Shown here piece by piece: positions 54,075-61,627 of a stretch of 61,627 nucleotides of DNA. Source of the stretch: Eubacteriales bacterium (GTDB taxonomy: Bacteria > Bacillota > Clostridia > Oscillospirales > CAG-272); NCBI GenBank assembly GCA_045588085.1, contig JAZNDN010000023.1:1-61627 (forward strand), read 5' to 3'. Both the position numbers and the translations under genes were made by a program. Under the pieces are notes generated by a model. It was not told the origin of the DNA. It made no database searches and saw only the letters and a program-made list of their open reading frames with translations. Position 1 is the first letter of the stretch; the number at the start of each line of letters is the position of its first letter.

Positions 54075-54986
54075 TTATCTGATAAGCAGAGCAACCCAAT
54101 CGTTCTCGGATTCCTCTCTCTCAACGGCAAATCCGCACTTTGCGGCGCATTTCTTTACCTCGTCTGCCTTGTCTGCGACAATTCCCGACAGAATAATGGG
54201 AGCACCCGGCGCCAGATATGAGCGTATATCGGGGAGCATTCTGATAATAATTTCAGCCACTATGTTTGCAACGCAAACGTCATATCCGCCGATTCTTTCA
54301 ACTCCTGCAAGAAGGTCGGAGGTTCGAACCGTCATTCTGTCATCAAATCCGCATTCGCGCGCATTTTCCTCGGCAACCCTGACGGCAACCGGGTCAATGT
54401 CGCAGGCAAAGCAGCTTTGAGCCCCGAGCTTAAGCGCACAGATAGATAAAATACCCGAGCCGCATCCGACGTCAAGAACACGCTCGCTGCCATGTATTTC
54501 GTCCTGCATTATTTTCATAACCAGCCTCGTGGTTTCGTGGTTACCCGTGCCAAATGCCATTCCGGGATCCAGCTTTATCACTACCTCTCCGTCGCGCGCG
54601 GAGTAGTCCTCCCATGCCGGAACTATCGTGACCTTTCCCAAAGAGATAGGCTTGAAATATTGCTTCCAGCTCTCCGCCCAGTCCTCTTCGGCAAGCCCGT
54701 CAAGCTCCAGAGCGTAGGGGATTTTCAGCTCGGAAAATCTGGTTTTTATAAACTCGGTATATTCGCTAAGATTCTTTTCCTCGGGAACGAATATTGAAAT
54801 TTTTACGGTTTCTCTGTCGGCATTAAGTATGCTTTCATCAACCAACTCACCATACATTCCGTTCAGCGAAAAATCGCTGAAATCTTCAATCATAAGACCG
54901 TTGTCGAGCATGCTTACAACACTTGCCGCTCGGTCGGAATATTCAACACCGACACTAACCGTCAGCTTAGTCCAAGTTCCTGCCAT
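54075..54986 (-). CDS. prmA: ribosomal protein L11 methyltransferase
   Basis: GMAFGTGNHETT and LDVGCGSGILSI motifs. Confidence 0.9.
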   Translation of the reverse strand: MAGTWTKLTVSVGVEYSDRAASVVSMLDNGLMIEDFSDFSLNGMYGELVDESILNADRETVKISIFVPEEKNLSEYTEFIKTRFSELKIPYALELDGLAEEDWAESWKQYFKPISLGKVTIVPAWEDYSARDGEVVIKLDPGMAFGTGNHETTRLVMKIMQDEIHGSERVLDVGCGSGILSICALKLGAQSCFACDIDPVAVRVAEENARECGFDDRMTVRTSDLLAGVERIGGYDVCVANIVAEIIIRMLPDIRSYLAPGAPIILSGIVADKADEVKKCAAKCGFAVEREESENDWVALLIR

Positions 54987-55925
54987 TTTATTTCTCCATA
55001 TCTGTTCAGTGCGGTTGTTTTGTCAACATTTATTTGCATTATAAGTTCTTTTTCGCTTTCGAAACGCTCTTCTTCTCTCAAATAGCTAAGGAAATATATA
55101 CGCACCTTTTCTCCGTATATGTCTTTGGAAAAGTTGAATATAAAGGTTTCCGAATGCGGAGGTCGCACCTCAAACGTCGGGCATATTCCTACGTTCGTTA
55201 TTGCGGGATAGCGTTCACCGTCGATATATGCGCAGCTCAGATAAACACCTCTTTTGAGAAGCTCATCGGGTGTATCCCTGTCGATATTGACCGTGGGTAT
55301 ACCAAGTCCTGCTCCGCGTCCGTCCCCGTGACGCACCTCGCCCTCTATAAAATAAGGAAGTCCCAGCGCGCTTGCCGCGAGCTCAACGTCCCCCCGCTTC
55401 AAAGCGCTTCTTATGAGAGATGAGGAAAGTGAGGAATTGCGAAAACTGTATTCCGGCAGAATTATGCATTCTTTGCCAAGCTCGGAAAGTTTATCGGCGA
55501 GCAAGGAAGCATCTCCGCGTGCACCGTTTCCAAATCTGAAATTATATCCGCAAACAGCGCATACTGCATTAAGCTCTGTAGCTATCGTTTGAATGGCGAA
55601 GTCCTCGGCTTCGATGCCTTTTATTGATGAAAAATCCGCAACGTAAGCAATATCAACTCCGATTTGCTCAAGCAAAGCAAGCTTCTTTTCTGTTGGGTAT
55701 ATTCTTGTGCTGGATGCTTTTATATCAAAGCTCTCTGAGGGGAAGGTAAACACCGCCAGCGAAACTCCATGCTCCTGCGCTCTGTGTTTTGCAAGGCTGA
55801 TGAGCTCGCGGTGAGCCAGATGGACACCGTCGAAAAAGCCAAGCGCCAGAACGCAGCGCGGAACAACCTCGGCACCGCTGCGTCTTATGTCTTCGGGATA
55901 GCGTAATATTTTCAAGGCGTATACC
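54962..55925 (-). CDS. ribF: bifunctional riboflavin kinase / FAD synthetase
   Basis: LALGFFDGVHLAHREL FMN-adenylyltransferase motif and C-terminal kinase domain (GRGAGLGIPTVN...E.FIFNF..DIYG). TTG start at 55925 preceded by AAGGAGG with a 7-nt spacer; the track start at 56002 has no RBS. Confidence 0.85.
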
Positions 55926-56122
55926 TCCTTTCCTGTTAAGACGGCATCATTGATAAACGCGTGTCGCCCGTTCGGTTCTTGATACTTTGTATATTGTATC
56001 ATATTTTTTACCGTAAAGTCAACTTATTTAAAAGAAAATTGCGCGCATAAAAGACCACGGATTGACAAATATTATACCGTGTGGTAAAATAGAGGAAAAT
56101 GTTAAAGCAACGGAGACGTATT

Positions 56123-57625
56123 ATGAAATTGAATTACAAACGCACAATACTCGTAGGATTTGCTTTTTTCCTCATAAGTGCATTTTGGCAGGCCTACGAC
56201 GCTATTGTTCCGCTCGTTCTGACTAATCACTTCGGTCTTTCGCAGACATGGTCCGGTGCGGTTATGTCGGTGGACAATGTTCTTGCCGTATTTCTTCTTC
56301 CTGTTTTCGGAGCAATCTCTGATAAGGTAAATACCAGATGGGGAAGACGAACACCGTTTATAGTTATAGGAACGGTTCTCGCTGTGGTTATGTTTATTCT
56401 TCTCACTGTGGTTGACAATATGCAGCTTTCTGCGGTTATGGCAACCGATATAAGCTCGCAGTACGAGGCCGCTGACGCCCTTCGCGACGAGGCGTACAGG
56501 CTTATATCCGAGGCGCGTGCAAGCGGAAATGAATCAATGCTTGCCGCAGCGGAGGCGATGCTTGACTCGGCTGATGATGCATTTGAGAAAATAGCAAGCC
56601 GCACCTTCGAGATAACGATGAATAATATTCTGCCGTTCATAGGATTTGTAGGTCTTTTGCTTCTTGTTCTTATTTCGATGGCAACGTTCCGCTCACCTGC
56701 GGTTGCTCTTATGCCCGACGTAACCGTAAAACCTCTTCGCTCCAAAGGCAATGCAATTATAAATCTTATGGGAACTGCGGGCGGCATTATCGTACTTGTT
56801 CTTGGTATGATATTCTCCACCTCCGAGATATATATGCAGTACACCTGGTACGTGGTTGCCGTTTGTTCGGTTATGATTCTGGGTCTTATTATATTCCTTT
56901 CGACCGTCAAGGAAAAGCTCTGGGCAACCGAGATGGTCGCGCAAAGCGAAGCGCTTGAAGAGAAGAAGGAAGAGCAGAGTGCCGAAGCTGCAGAGGTTCG
57001 TAAGCTGACCTCGTCCGAAATCAAATCTCTTATTTTAATTCTTGCATCGGTTGCGCTTTGGTATATCGGATACAACTCAATAACCAGTAAATATTCGGTT
57101 TATGCAACGCGCGAGCTTGGTTTTGATTACAATCTCACACTTATAATAGCTCAGGCAGCTGCGGTTGTTGCATATATACCGGTAGGTATAGTATCCTCCA
57201 AATTCGGAAGAAGAAAGACGATTCTTGCAGGTATTATAATGCTTGCGTCTGCGTTCTTTATTGGAAACTTTATAACACCCCTCGTTCCCGAGGCGGTTAT
57301 GTATCCCGTGTTCATTCTTGCAGGTATAGGCTGGGCAACCATAAACGTAAACTCATTCCCGATGGTAGTAGAGCTTGCCAAGGGCGGTGACGTCGGTAAA
57401 TATACGGGTTACTATTATACGGCATCTATGGCAGCTCAGATAGTCGCTCCAAACCTTTCGGGTATTCTTTATGATGCTATTGGAATGCGCAAGGTATTCT
57501 TCGTCTTCGGTACGGTATTCGTGGCACTCTCGTTCGTCACTATGTTCTTTGTAAAGCACGGTGATTCAAAGCACGGAAATGAAGGAAAAAGCGCACTTGA
57601 GCTTCTTGATGTAGGCGACGACTGA
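56123..57625 (+). CDS. MFS transporter with a long central cytoplasmic loop
   Basis: 12 predicted TM helices, a D-K-x-x-T-R-W-G-R-R-like loop (SDKVNTRWGRRTPF) and a ~70-aa helical insertion. ATG 56123 after GGAGA. Confidence 0.75.
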   Translation: MKLNYKRTILVGFAFFLISAFWQAYDAIVPLVLTNHFGLSQTWSGAVMSVDNVLAVFLLPVFGAISDKVNTRWGRRTPFIVIGTVLAVVMFILLTVVDNMQLSAVMATDISSQYEAADALRDEAYRLISEARASGNESMLAAAEAMLDSADDAFEKIASRTFEITMNNILPFIGFVGLLLLVLISMATFRSPAVALMPDVTVKPLRSKGNAIINLMGTAGGIIVLVLGMIFSTSEIYMQYTWYVVAVCSVMILGLIIFLSTVKEKLWATEMVAQSEALEEKKEEQSAEAAEVRKLTSSEIKSLILILASVALWYIGYNSITSKYSVYATRELGFDYNLTLIIAQAAAVVAYIPVGIVSSKFGRRKTILAGIIMLASAFFIGNFITPLVPEAVMYPVFILAGIGWATINVNSFPMVVELAKGGDVGKYTGYYYTASMAAQIVAPNLSGILYDAIGMRKVFFVFGTVFVALSFVTMFFVKHGDSKHGNEGKSALELLDVGDD

Positions 57626-57639
57626 TAAAGGAGATTTTT

Positions 57640-58482
57640 ATGACTGCACTTTATATATCCATCGGAGTATTGGTGGCGCTTGCTGCCCTTTGGCTCTTTA
57701 TGATAGCAGCCAAGCGTGATAAGCGTATGGATAGTTATGCCGGCGCATACTTTGCTCACAGAGGGCTTCATGGCAAGCTTGATTTGTATGAGGGCGCCGC
57801 TCCTGAAAATTCTCTCAAGGCATTCTCAAGAGCCGTCGAGCAGGGCTTTGGAATAGAGCTTGACGTAAGGCAGACTAAGGACGGGCAAATAGTTGTATTT
57901 CACGACGACGACCTTGTCCGTGCCGCAGGGATTGACAGAAAAATCAGCGATATGACGTACGATGAGCTTGTCGGTGTTTCACTGTTCGGAACAGATGAGA
58001 GAATACCTCTTTTTGAAGAGGTGCTTGCACTTGTAGCCGCTAAGGTTCCTCTGCTTGTTGAAATAAAGGACGACGGATACAAAAGCACACCTGCTGCAGT
58101 TATGCAGATTCTTAGCACCTATTCGGGTGAATATATAACCGAAAGCTTCAATCCGCTCGTTATGGGGGCTGTGAAAAAAGCGGCGCCCGACGTGATGCGC
58201 GGCTTCCTTTGCGACCACTTGACATTAAATTCCAAGTATCGCGGTATTAAATATGCGGTGGTTCAGAGAAATCTTTTGAACTTTATTGCAAGACCGCACT
58301 TCATCGCAGGCAACTTTGAAAATCTGCCTATATTCCCGACCGGTATTATAAGAAGGCTTTTCCGTCCCGCAATGCTCGCTTGGACCGTGCGCTCTGAGGA
58401 AGAGGAAAAAACAGCACGAAGCAAGGGCTTTACCGGTATGATATTCGAAGGATATATTCCCGAGGGAAAAAGTAAAGGATAA
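57640..58482 (+). CDS. glycerophosphodiester phosphodiesterase family protein, membrane-anchored
   Basis: N-terminal TM helix; HRG...ENS...ELDV...HDD GDPD catalytic pattern. Confidence 0.8.
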   Translation: MTALYISIGVLVALAALWLFMIAAKRDKRMDSYAGAYFAHRGLHGKLDLYEGAAPENSLKAFSRAVEQGFGIELDVRQTKDGQIVVFHDDDLVRAAGIDRKISDMTYDELVGVSLFGTDERIPLFEEVLALVAAKVPLLVEIKDDGYKSTPAAVMQILSTYSGEYITESFNPLVMGAVKKAAPDVMRGFLCDHLTLNSKYRGIKYAVVQRNLLNFIARPHFIAGNFENLPIFPTGIIRRLFRPAMLAWTVRSEEEEKTARSKGFTGMIFEGYIPEGKSKG

Positions 58483-58493
58483 TCTGGTAAATT

Positions 58494-59615
58494 ATGAAAT
58501 TTCAGCTTGTTGCAACCTGTCTTTTCGGACTTGAGCACTTACTTGGTGAAGAGATAGATGCTTTGGGATATGAAAGAATATCCACCATAGACGGCAGAGT
58601 AACTTATCTGGGTGACGAGGAGGCTGTTGCGCTGTCAAACGTATTCTTGCGCTTTGCAGAGCGGGTCTACATAAAGCTGGGGTCGTTTCCTGCGCACAGC
58701 TTCACTGAACTGTTTGATGGGACCTATGCTTTGGACTGGGCGGATTATATCGGAATAAACGATGCATTTCCCGTTAAGGGGCACTCTATAAAGTCCGACC
58801 TTTATTCAATTCCTGACTGCCAGGCGATAGTGAAAAAGGCCATAGCCAAAAAGCTTTCGGAAAAATACGGGATATCAATATTACCCGAGGACCGTGTCAA
58901 GCTTCAGGTGGAATTTTTTATACTGAACAACGAAGCTACGCTGATGATAGACACCTCAGGCACCCCTCTACATAAGAGAGGATATAGAACGCAGTCAAAC
59001 GCGGCTCCCATAAGAGAAACTCTGGCAGCGGCAATTGCCAAGCTCTCCCGTCCTCGCGAGGAGGTGCTTCTCTGGGACCCCATGTGCGGAAGCGGAACGA
59101 TTGCAATAGAGGCGGCGATGCTTATGAAAAACGTAGCGCCGGGAAAGCACCGCAGCTTTGCCGCAGAGGAATTTCCTTTTATAGAAAAAAGGCTCTGGGC
59201 AGATGCCAGAGAAGAAGCAGCTGCCGGCGAGGTCGAAACCGCCTTTCAGGTATTTGCCTCGGATATAGACCCCGCTTGTATAGAGCTGACACGCCACAAT
59301 GCGAAAAGAGCCGGAGTCAATTCCATGATAAACTCGTTCAGGGCTGAGGCGTGTGAAATTTCAGCTCCGGGCAGACGTGCCACCATAGTCACGAACCCAC
59401 CATACGGAGAAAGACTTGGCGAACTTGCCGGGGTGGAGGCGCTTTATCGCAGAATGGGAAAGCATTTTAGGTCTCTTGAGCCTTGGCAGGCATACATTAT
59501 AACCTCGCATAAGGGCTTTGAAGCGCTTTACGGACGCCGTGCCGATAAAGTGAGAAAGCTTTACAACGGCATGTTGCCGTGTTATTTGTATCAGTTTTTC
59601 AAGAACAAAAAGTAA
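58494..59615 (+). CDS. THUMP-domain class I SAM-dependent RNA methyltransferase (RlmL/YpsC-like)
   Basis: N-terminal THUMP-like region, DPMCGSGTIAIEA SAM motif and NPPYGERLG catalytic motif. Confidence 0.85.
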   Translation: MKFQLVATCLFGLEHLLGEEIDALGYERISTIDGRVTYLGDEEAVALSNVFLRFAERVYIKLGSFPAHSFTELFDGTYALDWADYIGINDAFPVKGHSIKSDLYSIPDCQAIVKKAIAKKLSEKYGISILPEDRVKLQVEFFILNNEATLMIDTSGTPLHKRGYRTQSNAAPIRETLAAAIAKLSRPREEVLLWDPMCGSGTIAIEAAMLMKNVAPGKHRSFAAEEFPFIEKRLWADAREEAAAGEVETAFQVFASDIDPACIELTRHNAKRAGVNSMINSFRAEACEISAPGRRATIVTNPPYGERLGELAGVEALYRRMGKHFRSLEPWQAYIITSHKGFEALYGRRADKVRKLYNGMLPCYLYQFFKNKK

Positions 59616-59670
59616 AAAACAACTCCAATAAAACATTGAACTCACCCCATAAAAACGGACATTTATTAAA

Positions 59671-59715
59671 ACCTCCTGTGGTAGAGCGGCTATTTCTACT
59701 CCGGGAGGCTTTTTG
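59671..59715 (+). terminator. intrinsic terminator after the methyltransferase gene
   Basis: Nested stem CCTCC..GTAGA...TCTAC..GGAGG followed by CTTTTTG. Confidence 0.6.
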
Positions 59716-60165
59716 CATGAAAATAGAAAATTGCAGAAGAATTCTACGTTGAGAATAAAAGAAAGAACGCGGCGTGAACACCACAACGTTGTGTTGCAAA
59801 AAGCACGTAGCTGCGGGGCTTGAAAAGCAGACTCGATATTTGTTGCGAGTGAGTGACAAGACTTAAACTTGCGGCCTATATCACCCCAACGCATAGGTAA
59901 ACGTAAAATGTAAACGTATAGTCTCAAATAGTCCGTATATTCCGACGAGTTGTTCGTATAATGCTAACTATTCAGTACATTCCGTGTAGTACGTAAAACC
60001 GTTACAGTCAAACGCGAGAAAATGTAGAGGTTAAATCGTACATCCTTTGACAACTTTAGTTGGCTTTGATTTTAACTAAATTATATCACTTTGAAAGAGG
60101 TTGGATGCTTTTTGAGCCAACCTCTTTCCGTTTGGTGGCTAAAATTTACTCAACCTTAAACAAAG

Positions 60166-60206
60166 AAAAAGTCGATGAAAGCAATAGATTTCTTCATCGA
60201 CTTTTT
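60166..60206. terminator. bidirectional intrinsic terminator downstream of the 211-aa gene
   Basis: Perfect 14-bp stem AAAAAGTCGATGAA / TTCATCGACTTTTT. Confidence 0.7.
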
Positions 60207-60242
60207 AACATAAAATAGGCAATTGGTGGCGCAGTTTAACAT

Positions 60243-60878
60243 TTATTTTTGAGGCCATAGAGCCTTATCAACAAATGGATGAATAGCTTTTGGTAGTTGC
60301 TTGACACCGCAGTTAAACGTAATCTTTTTGTATTTATCTTCCGATGCATTTTTTTCAAGAACAAAATCAATAAACTGTGCATCCGAACTTATATCGATCG
60401 CGTTATCCTTCGTGCGTAAAGTTCGCGGTAAAAACCAGTCGTTGATTTTGATTCCATTGATGTTTATATTTTCTGTCAAACCTAAAGTAAAGTCAAGATT
60501 GGTTAGACCGATTTTATATGTAAGCGTAATGGTCGTAAGATCTTTCACAACGCACACGAGATTGGTTGTAAGCTCTGGTAATCTCTTTAAACAAGGTAAT
60601 TTCTTACGTGCTGTTTCGTAAGGATGTTGCTGTGTGAAATCGAACTGCTGTTCGGTGAGCTGTCTTTTTTGAGCTTTGTTATAAAAATCTTGTGCTGAGA
60701 GCTTAGAAGACACACCGGTAAGATGGAGGAAGCGATCTGTTTTGAAGACGACTTCAAACCATTCGTCGCCATACACAAACATAAATACTTTTCCGGCTAA
60801 TTCGCGTTTATATATCTGTGCTGCATCTAAAATTTCGTTTCTTATTGCTATCTTTTTAGCTTGTTTTGTTTGTTTCAT
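60243..60878 (-). CDS. hypothetical protein, possibly PBECR-type (Barnase/EndoU/colicin E5-D/RelE-like) nuclease domain protein
   Basis: 211 aa, lysine-rich, apparently AT-richer (by eye) than the core genome. The N-terminal pattern VFMFVYGDEWFEVVFKTDRFLHLTGV resembles my recollection of PBECR4-family proteins of mobile elements. Assignment unverified. Confidence 0.35.
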   Translation of the reverse strand: MKQTKQAKKIAIRNEILDAAQIYKRELAGKVFMFVYGDEWFEVVFKTDRFLHLTGVSSKLSAQDFYNKAQKRQLTEQQFDFTQQHPYETARKKLPCLKRLPELTTNLVCVVKDLTTITLTYKIGLTNLDFTLGLTENININGIKINDWFLPRTLRTKDNAIDISSDAQFIDFVLEKNASEDKYKKITFNCGVKQLPKAIHPFVDKALWPQK

Positions 60879-60904
60879 ATTTTGACTTCTTTCGACACAA
60901 ATTT

Positions 60905-61155
60905 AAAGAAAAAGAGGGATGGCGTGCCATCCCTCAAAACATGCGAAAATTGAGAGTTTTCTGCTGGTTGTCAGCCGCGGCATCCAGTTAAAATGCCTGA
61001 TTGGTACGGAAATCATTAAGTCCTCCGTCTGGACTACAACTTTGATCCCAGTTGCCGGGCGAGACACGCTCTGTGTCAAAGGCGTGGAAATTATCCTGTT
61101 CCACGGCAGCACAACTTTTTATGGTGCTCTCACACCAAGGATATTACTATCCTGC
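60905..61155 (-). ncRNA. candidate ~250-nt structured leader / small RNA (promoter to intrinsic terminator)
   Basis: Starts about 7 nt downstream of a consensus promoter. Contains several local hairpins (AGGATA-GTAA-TATCCT, CGTGGAA...TTCCACG, GACAC-AGAGC-GTGTC, AGTCC...GGACT, GGCAT...ATGCC). Ends in hairpin GAGGGATGGC-AC-GCCATCCCTC plus UUUUUCUUU (60905-60935), 26 nt before the ATG at 60878. No convincing ORF. Confidence 0.4.
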
Positions 61156-61161
61156 ATATAT

Positions 61162-61190
61162 ATTATATGCTATTTCTCGGAAAAAGTCAA
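61162..61190 (-). promoter_or_regulatory. near-consensus sigma-A promoter on the minus strand
   Basis: Minus strand TTGACT (complement of 61185-61190), 17 nt, TATAAT (complement of 61162-61167). Confidence 0.6.
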
Positions 61191-61313
61191 GATCCTTCGA
61201 AAAAACTTTGAAAAAATTATGGAAAAAGGTTTGTAATTCCTTTAAAATAGCCTTTTGAATTTGCGCATGTGAAATAAATTTTGCGTTCTTATAATTTATT
61301 TTACGCTTACCGC

Positions 61314-61342
61314 TTGCATTTTGTCGATAAAAGTGGTACAAT
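61314..61342 (+). promoter_or_regulatory. sigma-A promoter of the XRE gene
   Basis: TTGCAT (61314-61319), 17 nt, TACAAT (61337-61342). Confidence 0.5.
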
Positions 61343-61381
61343 GTTAAATGTATAAAAATATTTATTTTTATGAGGTGAAAT

Positions 61382-61594
61382 ATGGCTGCCAGCTATAAGA
61401 AGCTATTCAAAATGCTAATTGATCGTGAGATGAAGAGCAAAGAACTTGCTGAGAAGGCCGGAATCAGTCCTGCGACATTAGCTAAAATGAAAAAAGACGG
61501 TGCAACCGTATCGAGTGATGTACTTGTTAAAATTTGTACCGCACTTGAATGTACAATGGATGATATTGTGGAAATCGTTCCCACCAATAAATAA
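61382..61594 (+). CDS. XRE-family (Cro/CI-type) helix-turn-helix protein, 70 aa
   Basis: KELAEKAGISPATLAKMKKDGATVSSDVLVKICTALECTMDDIVE is a textbook HTH_3/HTH_26 pattern. RBS GAGGTG. Confidence 0.85.
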   Translation: MAASYKKLFKMLIDREMKSKELAEKAGISPATLAKMKKDGATVSSDVLVKICTALECTMDDIVEIVPTNK

Positions 61595-61609
61595 TTAGGA
61601 GACTTATTA

Positions 61610-61627
61610 TGAGTCGTTGTTTGTATA
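61610..61627 (+). CDS. 5' end of an unidentified gene truncated by the window edge
   Basis: ATG 61610 preceded by AGGAGA, 15 nt after the XRE stop. Only 6 codons are visible. Confidence 0.3.

Noticed and set aside
60047-60127. TTGACA followed 45 nt later by the hairpin AAAGAGGTTGG...CCAACCTCTTT, considered as a tiny sRNA gene
   Set aside because: The only -10 candidate at the correct spacing is TTTTAA, which is poor. The hairpin lacks a clean U-run on either strand. The evidence is insufficient.
60903-61236. ORFs of 69 aa (minus strand) and 105 aa (plus strand) in the PBECR/XRE intergenic region
   Set aside because: Both run through the strong terminator hairpin and lack Shine-Dalgarno sequences; the minus-strand one starts at GTG. 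The region is better explained as non-coding structured RNA.

Overview
61.6 kb chromosomal window from an anaerobic Firmicute; gene content, GGAGG ribosome-binding sites and TTGACA-17-TATAAT promoters look Clostridia-like. About 50 credible CDS. No rRNA, tRNA, CRISPR array, transposase or integrase was found. The centrepiece is a ~15.5 kb minus-strand glycyl-radical-enzyme microcompartment (GRM, fucose/rhamnose type) operon at 18563-34109. It encodes an RpiR/SIS regulator, acetate/propionate kinase, a class II aldolase, a CoA-acylating aldehyde dehydrogenase, a Zn-ADH and four BMC-H shell genes. It continues with PduL, a BMC-P vertex protein, PduS-like, PduT-like, the GRE and its activase, PduU-like and EutP/PduV. 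rhaA and rhaB with an AraC regulator lie about 4 kb away. The most interesting signal is at the 3' end of that operon. A ParA-type ATPase and a 151-aa lysine/alanine-rich, apparently disordered protein each overlap the preceding gene by 14 nt, starting from the PduV-like GTPase. I read this as a candidate McdAB-like positioning module for a catabolic metabolosome. Other notable items: two translationally coupled paralogous membrane proteins with Rossmann-like modules and C-terminal RyR-like domains (41979-46177); a phosphoglycosyl-transferase/GT4 fusion coupled to a Wzy/WaaL-like protein; a Trp (UGG) T-box leader in front of a stand-alone TrpB-like gene; an array of TGAAAAT-N-ATTTTCA palindromes upstream of the BMC regulator; and, from ~59.6 kb, an apparently AT-richer (by eye) island edge. 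That island edge carries a PBECR-like nuclease candidate preceded by a ~250-nt promoter-to-terminator structured RNA, plus a divergent XRE regulator. The remainder is housekeeping (lysS, greA, ribF, prmA, rsmE, rnc, ade) and accessory sugar/redox genes. All calls come from reading the translated ORFs and the DNA; no database search was run.
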